Virus record (IMG/VR): IMGVR_UViG_3300010367_000168
Span: 1 to 64,000 of that record
From: a virus
Reading direction: 5' to 3' (one strand)
DNA: 64,000 nt
Below are positions 50,253-58,259 of this stretch, in pieces (position 1 is the first letter of the stretch; every line of letters starts with the position of its first letter). The position numbers were made by a program, and so were the translations under genes. The notes beneath the pieces were generated by a model. The model was given only the letters and a program-made list of their open reading frames with translations, searched no databases and was not told the DNA's origin.

Positions 50253-50759
50253 TCAGCCCTGCCGAATGGAGATGGTGGGAGCCGGGTTCGACAGGACGGC
50301 GCCGGCCACTTCGTCGCCGTCTTCGAGCGCCGCTTTGATGTCGGCCTTGATCGGCTTCCGGATGATCTTCACGTAGGCGTCGGGGAGCGCCGCCTCGTCG
50401 ATTACGATCACGTGCCGGCTGCCCTTGGTCAGGGTGACGGTCGCCTCGGGGAAATCGAACCGCCTCCGGGCCGCGGTCTCCATCGCCGCCTGCACGAGAT
50501 ACTTCTTCCGGGCGGCGCGATCCTCCAGGCGGCTTTTCCGAGACGCCATCTTCTTGACCCGCGCGGCCAGCGCCTCGGCCATCGTCTCGTCGTCAAAGGA
50601 CGAGACGATCAGCGCCCGGCACCGCTCCGGAAAATCCGAGATGCCGTCGAGGGTGTCGAGCAGCGCCGGCTCGTCCTCGGCCAGAGTGGGGAACTCCCGC
50701 AGCAGCGCCTCGCGCAAAGAGGCATCAGCGGCGGCATCGGCAGTGAGGCTGCGATTCAT
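50253..50759 (-). CDS. Siphovirus Gp157-like protein
   Basis: ALLDTLDGISDF..RVKKMASRKSRLEDRA...VIVIDEAALPDAYVKI..KADIKAALEDGDEVAGAVL. Sits next to the annealase. Confidence 0.65.
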   Translation of the reverse strand: MNRSLTADAAADASLREALLREFPTLAEDEPALLDTLDGISDFPERCRALIVSSFDDETMAEALAARVKKMASRKSRLEDRAARKKYLVQAAMETAARRRFDFPEATVTLTKGSRHVIVIDEAALPDAYVKIIRKPIKADIKAALEDGDEVAGAVLSNPAPTISIRQG

Positions 50760-50944
50760 GGCTTCATCCCGAAAGCGACATAGGCGAGCGGAATTCCCCA
50801 CAAGGCCAGGGCGACCCCGGCGCCGAGGATGACGGTGCCGAACACGACCTCCGCTGGGCCGGATCGGCAGACGGGCGAGAGGAGCAGCGCGAAGCCATAG
50901 AGCACGAGGAACGTGGCGCTGATGACGAGGACCGCGCCGGTCAT
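50756..50944 (-). CDS. small two-TM membrane protein (62 aa)
   Basis: MTGAVLVISATFLVLYGFALLL...VILGAGVALALWGIPLAYVAF. Confidence 0.45.
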   Translation of the reverse strand: MTGAVLVISATFLVLYGFALLLSPVCRSGPAEVVFGTVILGAGVALALWGIPLAYVAFGMKP

Positions 50945-51141
50945 CCCGACACCACGAGCTTCGCGAGGGCCGCGATCCACATCAGCGCCAGGAAGACCCC
51001 AACGATCAGCGCCGCGGCGGCCTTGTCCCCTTTCGTCCAGCGCAGCGGTCCACGGATGGCACTGTTGATCAACATCGAGATGCCGAAGCCGGCGATGAAG
51101 GCGAAGGTGGCGGCGAGTGCGGAGACGAAAACCGGGTTCAC
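50941..51141 (-). CDS. small two-TM membrane protein (66 aa)
   Basis: GTGA overlap. VNPVFVSALAATFAFIAGFGISML...AALIVGVFLALMWIAALA. Confidence 0.4.
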   Translation of the reverse strand: MNPVFVSALAATFAFIAGFGISMLINSAIRGPLRWTKGDKAAAALIVGVFLALMWIAALAKLVVSG

Positions 51142-51437
51142 GGCATCTGCTCCCGCCGGACCATGGCGCGGGTCCGATCTCGTTCCCTGGCGTCGTCGAT
51201 CTTGTCTTCGGTCCACCAGCGATGGGCGGCGGCGATGTCGAACGGCACCCAATGGGTCCGGCCGACACCCGAGGCCACGACCTCCAGGAGCTTGGCCGCC
51301 GCTACCACGTCGTCGCCGCCTTCGCTCTCGTCATAGGCACCGCAGGCATCATCGATCCGGTCGTAGATCGTGACCGTGTGCTTCCGCTCCTGAATGCTCC
51401 ACCAGACCAGGACATAAAGCGGGGGCGTGGCGCGCAT
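51138..51437 (-). CDS. first gene of leftward early operon, hypothetical (99 aa)
   Basis: GGAG RBS before ATG 51437 (ORF opens at GTG 51455). Confidence 0.5.
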   Translation of the reverse strand: MRATPPLYVLVWWSIQERKHTVTIYDRIDDACGAYDESEGGDDVVAAAKLLEVVASGVGRTHWVPFDIAAAHRWWTEDKIDDARERDRTRAMVRREQMP

Positions 51438-51486
51438 ACCGATCTCCGGTTGCACCCTTTGGGCGGGGTTGAGTGAGGTATCTGCC

Positions 51487-51506
51487 AGGGCTCACATCCG
51501 AGCCCT
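51487..51506. promoter_or_regulatory. operator dyad AGGGCTC-ACATCC-GAGCCCT at the leftward early promoter region
   Basis: Perfect 7-bp arms read directly, 30-50 bp upstream of the leftward operon. Confidence 0.55.
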
Positions 51507-51578
51507 TCACGATGCTGTCATCATGTGGTCACGTCGTTTTGCGGTCAAGCGCGTTTTCTTTCCGATTTTCGTCCGTCC

Positions 51579-51587
51579 TGTGGATAA
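51579..51587. promoter_or_regulatory. consensus DnaA box TGTGGATAA
   Basis: Exact reverse complement of TTATCCACA. A single copy in the divergent control region. Confidence 0.4.
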
Positions 51588-51593
51588 GTCTGT

Positions 51594-51646
51594 GGTTTGT
51601 AAGTGCATAAGGCCTCCGTGGGGTACTATGGGGCGCTATGGGGCAT
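51594..51646 (+). repeat. composite element GGTTTGTAAGT + 3 x 10-bp GGGGYRCTAT (second copy of the 44934-44978 element)
   Basis: ggtttgtaagt ... ggggtactat ggggcgctat ggggcat. Same order, orientation and periodicity as in the 44.9 kb gap. Confidence 0.7.
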
Positions 51647-51707
51647 AAATATCCCGTACACGAAAAGTGAAGGCGGGCGGTTTCTCTAAAGTCACCGCTC
51701 ACGGTTT

Positions 51708-51727
51708 GTGACCTGATTTTAGGTCAC
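51708..51727. promoter_or_regulatory. dyad GTGACCT-GATTTT-AGGTCAC upstream of the rightward early gene
   Basis: Perfect 7-bp arms. A second dyad TTGCGG-CGAT-CCGCAA lies at 51751-51766, and a TATAGT -10-like hexamer at 51746-51751. Confidence 0.45.
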
Positions 51728-51785
51728 TGCATTTTTCTTTGCGTTTATAGTTGCGGCGATCCGCAAAACGCGCATTCATCAAGGC

Positions 51786-52046
51786 ATGCTCTATTGCGAC
51801 GCCGCCCTGTATCGAGTGCAGCGATGGATCGAGTCCCTCGATCCGCACCTTCGCTCGCCGCTGATCCTTGCTCGCCTGACAGGGCTCAGTTCTGGGACCC
51901 TGACCCGATTTCTTCGGCCGGGCGGGGTTGGGAATGTGACCCTCGATACCCTCCGCCGCCTGGAGCAGCACGTGCCCGCCGATTTCATGCCGCTGCGCAT
52001 GCAGGCGGAGATCACGCGGGACGACGAGCCGGCAAACGCCGCTTGA
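51786..52046 (+). CDS. small HTH regulator (Cro/CII-like position)
   Basis: LILARLTGLSSGTLTRFLRPG HTH-like segment. First gene of the rightward operon. Confidence 0.5.
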   Translation: MLYCDAALYRVQRWIESLDPHLRSPLILARLTGLSSGTLTRFLRPGGVGNVTLDTLRRLEQHVPADFMPLRMQAEITRDDEPANAA

Positions 52047-52085
52047 CCACCAACTGGCCGGCGCTGCCGGCCACGGGAGGCTCCT

Positions 52086-52400
52086 ATGGTCGACTTCGAG
52101 AAGATGGCCGACAGCGGCCGGGCCCTGAAACAGCGGCTCGCCACCGCGGTTGAAACGATCGCCGGCTATGACCGGGACATCGACGGGCTCAAGGCGCAGC
52201 GGAAAGAGGCTCTGGCCACCGCGGAGGCCGACGACAAGCTGGTGCCCGTGGCCGTGGCCTTCCTGGCCCATCTCCACCGCACCGGGAAGAGCGCGCGGGT
52301 CACGTCCGCCGACTGGCCGATGGTCGAAAAGTACGCCGAGGTGCTGGGCCTCGTCCTGCCCGGCAACGATCAGCCGGATCTCTTTGCCGAGACCGACTGA
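52086..52400 (+). CDS. hypothetical protein (104 aa)
   Basis: ORF track, GGAGG RBS. Confidence 0.5.
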   Translation: MVDFEKMADSGRALKQRLATAVETIAGYDRDIDGLKAQRKEALATAEADDKLVPVAVAFLAHLHRTGKSARVTSADWPMVEKYAEVLGLVLPGNDQPDLFAETD

Positions 52401-52870
52401 TGCCTCGTCGCCGGATGGCGCCGCTCGGCGTCATGACGGCGGCGCAGCTCCGCCGCTACCAGCTCTCGCTCGTCACGGAGGATGCGGTGCAGTCGCAGAT
52501 CATCTCGTTCCTTCGGCAGATGCCGGACCCTCCCTTGGGGCCGGCTTGGACAGCGATCAATCCCGTGCCAGCCAAGAGCAAGGCCGCCGCCAGCCGATCC
52601 AAGCGCATGGGGCTGGTGGCGGGCTTCCCCGACTTGCACGTCCTTTGGGGTGGCCGGGCGGCCTATGCCGAGTGCAAGCGGCCCATCGGGGGCCGGCCAT
52701 CCGGTGATGAGCAGCCCAAGGTCCAAGGCCACCTCGTCGCCGCGGGCGGCTTCGTGGCGATCGTGACCAGCGTCGAGGAGTTCTTCGGCTTCCTTCGGGA
52801 AACCTTCCCCCTCGAATGGGCCGCCCTGGGCCGGGCCTGCCCCGGTCTCTGGCAGCGGAGCGTCCAATGA
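52400..52870 (+). CDS. VRR-NUC domain nuclease
   Basis: GLVAGFPDLHVLWGGRAAYAECKRP..SGDEQPKVQGHLVAAGGFVAIVTS fits the G.PD...E.K...Q pattern. Confidence 0.6.
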   Translation: MPRRRMAPLGVMTAAQLRRYQLSLVTEDAVQSQIISFLRQMPDPPLGPAWTAINPVPAKSKAAASRSKRMGLVAGFPDLHVLWGGRAAYAECKRPIGGRPSGDEQPKVQGHLVAAGGFVAIVTSVEEFFGFLRETFPLEWAALGRACPGLWQRSVQ

Positions 52871-53196
52871 CCGCGCCTGACTTCATCGCGCTCCGGGTTG
52901 GCCTAGCCGGGCATCCCCTCGTGACCGAGGCCGTTGCCCTGTGCAATCGCGACCGGGCTCTGGTTCTGGCCGTGCTGGTCGAGTTGATCGGCGTTGGGCT
53001 GTCGGCAAGCGACCGCGGCGATCTCCGGGACTTCGATGCCGAGGGTATGGCCCAGCAGTACGGCGTCGAGACCGCCGACATCCTGTTCGTGCTCGACGCG
53101 CTCCGTGTCGTCGGCGTCATCAGCGTCGGCCTCGGCGAGGGCTACAACGAGCTGCATCGGCACCCCATCCGGTATCCGGAAGGCTCTGCCGTATGA
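52867..53196 (+). CDS. hypothetical protein (109 aa)
   Basis: ATGA overlap. Confidence 0.45.
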   Translation: MTAPDFIALRVGLAGHPLVTEAVALCNRDRALVLAVLVELIGVGLSASDRGDLRDFDAEGMAQQYGVETADILFVLDALRVVGVISVGLGEGYNELHRHPIRYPEGSAV

Positions 53197-53411
53197 CCCC
53201 GCTCGCCGACATCCTCGACCGGGTGCTGTTCGAGATCGCCGAGGCGATGGACTGGCCGCTCGACGCCAAGTCGCGGTTCTTCTACCGGCTTGCCGATCTC
53301 CTGCCCGCCAGCACGGTCAAGTCGCTGATCGTGGACGCTGTATCCGCCGGCATCCTCTCCCCGAACGAAGCACGCCGGATCATCGCTGCCCTCGACCTGG
53401 GGGCGGCATAG
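53193..53411 (+). CDS. hypothetical protein (72 aa)
   Basis: Internal ATG overlapping the upstream stop. Confidence 0.45.
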   Translation: MTPLADILDRVLFEIAEAMDWPLDAKSRFFYRLADLLPASTVKSLIVDAVSAGILSPNEARRIIAALDLGAA

Positions 53412-53413
53412 CG

Positions 53414-54181
53414 ATGGCACGCATCCGGTCAATCCATCCGAGCCTGCTGACCGACGAGGCGTTCATGACGCTCACGGTCGATGCGCCCCTTGCCGTGACG
53501 CTGCTGATCGGCCTCTGGACCGAGGCCGACGACCAAGGGGTGTTCGAGTGGAAACCGCTCACGATGAAGGCCCGCATCCTGCCGGCACCGGTGGTGGACA
53601 TCGCCCCCCTGCTGGAGGTGCTGGTGGTGAACCGGTTCATCCGCCGGTTCGAGATCGACGGGCGGATTTACGGCGCGGTCCGGAACTTCACCCGGTTTCA
53701 GCGGCCGAAAAAGCCGAACGCGATCCACCCCATGACGGAAGAGGTCCGAGCCTGGGTCGGAACCGGTTCCGTACCAGTGGGGAACCGGTTCCGTACCGGT
53801 GGGGAAAAGAGCCCGCAGATGGAGGATGGAGGAGGAAGGAAGGAAGGGAAGGAGGAAGGAGGGAAAGGAAATCATACTGATGATCCCAGCCTCCCACGCG
53901 AGCGCGCGCGAGGCGATGCCTCGCGGGAGTATGCCTTCGTTGGTCGAGTGGTGCGCCTGTCGAAGGCGGACTTCGATCGGTGGTCGTCGGCCTACCGGCA
54001 TCTCGAACTCACGGCCGAGCTGATCGCCAGGGACGCCTATCTGGCCGGCCCCGAGGTCAACGACCGGGATCGGAAGAACTGGTTCACGTCCACCAGCAAA
54101 TACCTCGCCAACCGGAACGCCGAGCTGGCCAACAGGGCCAGGGCCGGTCCGGACAAGCTGCCCCGTGGCTATGCGATCTGA
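53414..54181 (+). CDS. replication initiator candidate (lambda O-like organisation)
   Basis: Conserved-looking N-domain (IRSIHPSLLTDEAFMTL..IGLWTEADDQGVFEW), a Gly/Glu/Lys linker encoded by iterons plus a homopurine tract, and a C-domain. Lies directly upstream of the primase-helicase. Confidence 0.45.
   Translation: MARIRSIHPSLLTDEAFMTLTVDAPLAVTLLIGLWTEADDQGVFEWKPLTMKARILPAPVVDIAPLLEVLVVNRFIRRFEIDGRIYGAVRNFTRFQRPKKPNAIHPMTEEVRAWVGTGSVPVGNRFRTGGEKSPQMEDGGGRKEGKEEGGKGNHTDDPSLPRERARGDASREYAFVGRVVRLSKADFDRWSSAYRHLELTAELIARDAYLAGPEVNDRDRKNWFTSTSKYLANRNAELANRARAGPDKLPRGYAI
53759..53802 (+). repeat. two tandem 22-bp iterons, each containing the palindrome GGAACCGGTTCC
   Basis: ggaaccggttccgtaccAgtgg / ggaaccggttccgtaccGgtgg read directly inside the initiator ORF. 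Confidence 0.85.
53828..53871 (+). repeat. 44-nt uninterrupted homopurine (GGA/GAA-rich) tract
   Basis: Read directly, followed by the AT-richer atcatactgatgat. Confidence 0.85.
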
Positions 54182-54186
54182 GCGCC

Positions 54187-55867
54187 ATGCGGGTCGAACT
54201 CGCCAACGTCCGTGCCGGGCTGGAGGCCCAAGGCTTCCGGCTCCGCTCCTACAACCCCGGCGAGCACCACTCGGTTTGCCCGAGGTGCAGCCCCACCAGG
54301 AAAAAGAAACATGCCCGATGCGTTTCAGTCCGGATCGAGCCCGATGGGGCCGCATGGCAGTGCCACCACTGCGGATGGCGCGACGGGTTCCGGCTCCACG
54401 GCGATCAGCCGCGCCGTCGAGAAGTGGTTTCTGAGCCGCGGCATCCACCAAGGCGCCCTTCGGGCTGGCGGCGTGTTTTCGGAGGTTCGGGACGGCTCTG
54501 ATGTGATCGTCTTCCCGTACCGGCGCCGCGGGCGGATCGTGAACCAAAAGTACCGCGGCCACGGCAAGCGGTTCTGGATGGATGCCGGCGGCGAGCTGAT
54601 CCCGTGGAACATCGATTGCCTCCAGGGCAACCCGGATCACGTGTATTTCGTCGAGGGGGAGATGGACGCCCTGGCCTTCATTGAGGCCGGGATCTGGAAC
54701 GTGATTTCGGTGCCGAACGGCGCCGGCCCGACCAACGAGCAGCCGGGCGAGGTGCCCGAGCCCGAGCAGGACGACGGCTTCCGCTACCTGTGGAACTGCC
54801 GCGAGGAGCTGGCCGGCCGCCGAATCGTCCTGGCCGGCGACAGTGATGCGCCTGGCGTGCGCCTCCGCCACTCGCTCGTCGCCCGGCTCGGCCGCGCCAA
54901 CTGCGATATCGTCGACTGGCCCGAGGGCTGCAAGGACGCCAACGACTACCTGCTGGAGGTCGGTCCGGACGCCTTCGCCGAGTATGTGCGTGCCAGCCGC
55001 AAGCCCTATCCCATCCGGGGCCTGTGGGCGTGGAACGACGTGCTGCCGACCCCGCCGATGGAGACGCTCGACATCGGCATCCCGCTGCTGCGCCAGCACG
55101 TCCGGCTCGCTCGCGGCACGGTCTCGCTCGTCACGGGCATCCCGAACCACGGCAAGAGCGCGCTCGTGAAGCAGCTCGCCTGCCAGATGATCAAGCTCCA
55201 CGGCTGGAATGTGACGGTCGCCAGCTTCGAGGACCGGGTCTACGCCAACCTCATGCCAGAGCTGCTCCGGATCATGAGCGGTCAGGGCCCATCGCTGGAG
55301 CCGTGGGTGATCGCGGCGCGAGCCGATGCCGCGCTGGTCCTCGCCAAGCACCTCTCCTTCATCGCCGACGAAGGCTATGTGGACGAGCCGATGACCCTGA
55401 AGTGGTTCGTCGACATCGCGCGCGACGCGAAGGCGCGCTTTGGCACCGCCATGCTGATCGTAGACCCGTGGAATGAGATCGAACACCTGTGGGGCCGCGA
55501 TCAGAACGAGACGCAGTACATCGGCGAAGCCCTGCGGGATCTGAGGCGCCTCGCGGTCGAGCTGGACATGCACATCATGATCGTCGCGCACCCGACCAAG
55601 GTGCTCGATGGTCAGGCACCCGGCCTCTACCACGTCTCGGGCTCCGCCCATTGGGCGAACAAGGTCGATGTCGGCCTGGTCGTGCATCAGCCGCATTTCG
55701 GCCAAGGCCCCGGCGGCCCGACCGAGGTCTACATCCGCAAGATCAAGCGCGCCGAACTCGGCCAGCGGGGGGTCGTGGTCCTGCAATTCAATGCAGCCAA
55801 TGCCTCGTTTGAGGCCCCAGCCGGCCGCCCGTTCGACGACCCCGACATCGAGAGGACCGCAGCATGA
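54187..55867 (+). pseudogene. primase (Zn-ribbon + TOPRIM) / P-loop helicase, reading frame broken near 54400
   Basis: Frame 1 encodes the zinc ribbon (CPRCSP..WQCHHCGW) and stops at 54501. TOPRIM (VYFVEGEMDALAF), Walker A (GIPNHGKS) and Walker B (MLIVDPWNE) continue in the +1 frame, which has no plausible start of its own. Confidence 0.6.
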
Positions 55868-56169
55868 GCATCACGAGCGATGGGCTGACCGATGGTTTGC
55901 CGGTCGAGGGCTATCGGCCGCAGACCGATGAGGCGATTGCCCTGGTCAACGAGAACAAGCGCCTGGAGGAGCTGATCCTGCGCCGGCTCGATGAGCTGCG
56001 GGAGCTGGCGATCCAAGCCGAGAACGGTGGCAACAATCACCTGATCGACTTCCGCTGGTTCTCGATCGCGAGGACGCACATCGAGCAGGGCTTCATGGCC
56101 CTCAACAGGTCGATCTTTCAGCCGAGCCGCGTTTCCCTGCCCTGGGGCGTCGGAAAGCCCGAGGAGTGA
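55864..56169 (+). CDS. Acb2-like cyclic-nucleotide sponge candidate
   Basis: ~100-aa helical protein. EGYRPQTDEAIALVNENKRLEE...DFRWFSIARTHIEQGFMALNRSIFQP matches my recollection of the Acb2-type family, including the 15-residue Tyr-to-Lys spacing. Memory-based. Confidence 0.4.
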   Translation: MSITSDGLTDGLPVEGYRPQTDEAIALVNENKRLEELILRRLDELRELAIQAENGGNNHLIDFRWFSIARTHIEQGFMALNRSIFQPSRVSLPWGVGKPEE

Positions 56170-56372
56170 TGATGGGATCGTTCCTCAATTGGCTTTGGGG
56201 GCCCGAACCCGAGTTCAAGCAGGACGAGGCGCTCCCGTTCCTCCGCTGGCGCGACGGCCGCCTGCTCCGCCCGCGGGTGCCCCCGCCGGTCCAGTACATC
56301 ATCCAAGGGCCTCGGTTGCCGTGGGTGAACGAACACAAAATGCGGGGCCGCCGCCCCGAGGATCTCCGTTGA
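56166..56372 (+). CDS. hypothetical protein (68 aa)
   Basis: ORF track. Overlaps neighbours at both ends. Confidence 0.4.
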   Translation: MMMGSFLNWLWGPEPEFKQDEALPFLRWRDGRLLRPRVPPPVQYIIQGPRLPWVNEHKMRGRRPEDLR

Positions 56373-57076
56373 TGCTCCGCCTCCTCGATCTCTTCGCCGG
56401 CATCGGCGGCATGAGCCTCGGGCTCCAACGCTCGGGTCATTTCCGCCCGGTGGCGTTCTGCGAGATCGACCCGTTCTGCCACCACGTCCTCCGAAAGCAT
56501 TGGCCCGAGGTTCCGATCTATGGCGATGTCCGATCCCTCGACCGAGCCCGGCTTGCCGCTGCCGGAATTGCCGTCGACGCGATCTGCGGCGGCTTCCCCT
56601 GCCAGGACATCTCGGCCGCTGGGCGAGGTGCGGGGCTTCATGGCTCCCGTTCCGTTCTCTGGCGTGAGTTCGCTCGACTGCTTGGCGATCTTCGACCGAG
56701 ATACGCGATCGTGGAAAACACCGATGCCCTCACTTTTCGCGGGCTCGGGATCGTTCTCGGAGACTTGGCCGCGCTCGGGTTCGATGCGGTCTGGCATTGC
56801 ATACCGGCTGCCGCCATTGGTGCCCGCCACCTCAGAGAGCGGGTCTGGATTGTGGCCTACACCGATCGCTCGGGATTGGAAGAGCAGTGCTACCGCCACG
56901 CGCCAGAACTCGCGGCCGCTTTCGGAACACATGCCTGGGGCTTTGAACCCGAATTGGATCGAGTGGCTCCTTGGCTTCCCTATCGGGTGGACCGCGTTCG
57001 CGCGCTCGGCAATTCCGCGGTCCCGCAAATCCCGGAGATCATTGGCCGTCTAATCGGCAACCTGGAGGCAGCGTGA
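56372..57076 (+). CDS. DNA (cytosine-5)-methyltransferase, short form
   Basis: Motifs DLFAGIGG (I), GFPCQDIS (IV), IVENT (VI), RERVWIV (VIII) and GNSAVP (X). Only 234 aa, so a very small target-recognition region. Confidence 0.85.
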   Translation: MLRLLDLFAGIGGMSLGLQRSGHFRPVAFCEIDPFCHHVLRKHWPEVPIYGDVRSLDRARLAAAGIAVDAICGGFPCQDISAAGRGAGLHGSRSVLWREFARLLGDLRPRYAIVENTDALTFRGLGIVLGDLAALGFDAVWHCIPAAAIGARHLRERVWIVAYTDRSGLEEQCYRHAPELAAAFGTHAWGFEPELDRVAPWLPYRVDRVRALGNSAVPQIPEIIGRLIGNLEAA

Positions 57077-57753
57077 TCCACTATCACGGGACGCCGATCT
57101 CCCCGGTGATCGAACGGCAGAAGATGGCCGGCAAGCATTTCTGCGTCTCGTTTGAGCGGCCGGACGATGCCGAATGGTGCCTCGCCAACGGGCAGTCGGT
57201 GCTGTGGGACAATGGGGCGTATAGCGCCTTCCGCCACGGCAAGCCGCTCGACACCGGCAAGCTTTACGCATGGCTTGAGCGGCGTCTGGCGCAGCCGCAT
57301 TGGGCCATCATCCCCGACCGGATCGGCGGCGACATCGACGAGCAGCGGGCCATGGTTTCAGCCTGGCCGTTCCCGAGGACCCTCGGGGCGCCGGTCTGGC
57401 ACATGGCGCTGGAGATCGACTACCTGCTCGAACTGGCCGACGAGTGGCCGCGGATCTGCTTCGGCAGTTCCGCTCGGTACTGGCAGATCGGCAGCCCGAT
57501 TTGGGAGCGCCGTTGCGACGAGGCGTTCAACGCCTTGGCCAAGCGCCACCCGCGGTTGCCTTGGGTCCACATGCTGCGTGGCCTCGCCCTGGCCGGTGAC
57601 CGCTGGCCCTTTGCTTCGGTCGACAGCGCCAACGTCGGCCGCAACTTCAAGACCCTCAACACGTGCCCCGAGCGAATGGCCCGCCGTCTCGACGCCATCC
57701 AGTGCCCGATCATCTGGACCCTGCGGATGGTGCAACAGGATCTCGTCGCATGA
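57073..57753 (+). CDS. dpdA: DpdA-like (TGT-superfamily) DNA transglycosylase candidate
   Basis: VLWDNGAYSAF resembles the DSGGFQ/DSGSYQ catalytic-Asp motif, and FASVDSANVG resembles the ..FDSA.. motif of archaeal-type TGT/DpdA. GTGA overlap with the MTase and ATGA overlap with the transporter gene. Confidence 0.55.
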   Translation: MIHYHGTPISPVIERQKMAGKHFCVSFERPDDAEWCLANGQSVLWDNGAYSAFRHGKPLDTGKLYAWLERRLAQPHWAIIPDRIGGDIDEQRAMVSAWPFPRTLGAPVWHMALEIDYLLELADEWPRICFGSSARYWQIGSPIWERRCDEAFNALAKRHPRLPWVHMLRGLALAGDRWPFASVDSANVGRNFKTLNTCPERMARRLDAIQCPIIWTLRMVQQDLVA

Positions 57754-58259
57754 TGCTCCTGACCCTCTACGTCCTCACAGTGCCGGCCGCGAATTGGCTG
57801 ATCGGAAACGTCGGCCGCTGCGTCGTCGAAGGGCCGTGCCTGATCCCGGTCGGCTTCGGCCTTGAGGCCCCGAGCGGCGTGCTCATGGTCGGCCTGGCGC
57901 TTGCCCTCCGCGACGCCATCCAGCGCCGCCACGGGCTCGCTCCAGCCTTTGGTGCCATCGGGCTCGGCTGCTGCGTGTCGATATGGGTCGCGCCGGACGC
58001 GCTGGTGGCCGCCTCGGCAGCGGCCTTCCTGTCCTCCGAGTTGGCCGACCTTGCCGTCTACACGCCGCTCCAGCGGCGCCGGCTGGTCCTGGCCGTGCTC
58101 GCCTCCGGTGTCGTCGGCGCCGCCGTCGATAGCGCGCTCTTCCTGTGGATCGCGTTCGGGTCGTTGGACTTCTTTGCCGGCCAGATGCTCGGAAAGGTCT
58201 ACATGACCGTCGCCGCGGTCCCTCTCGTGCTCATGACCAGAAAGAGGGCTCCCGCATGA
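57750..58259 (+). CDS. yhhQ: YhhQ/VUT-family (queuosine-precursor transporter-like) membrane protein
   Basis: Polytopic. AAAFLSSELADLAVYTPLQRRR...ASGVVGAAVDSALFLWIAFGS parallels the YhhQ ..Q.LD..VF..L....S...G...DT..F..IAF.. signature. Confidence 0.65.
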   Translation: MMLLTLYVLTVPAANWLIGNVGRCVVEGPCLIPVGFGLEAPSGVLMVGLALALRDAIQRRHGLAPAFGAIGLGCCVSIWVAPDALVAASAAAFLSSELADLAVYTPLQRRRLVLAVLASGVVGAAVDSALFLWIAFGSLDFFAGQMLGKVYMTVAAVPLVLMTRKRAPA

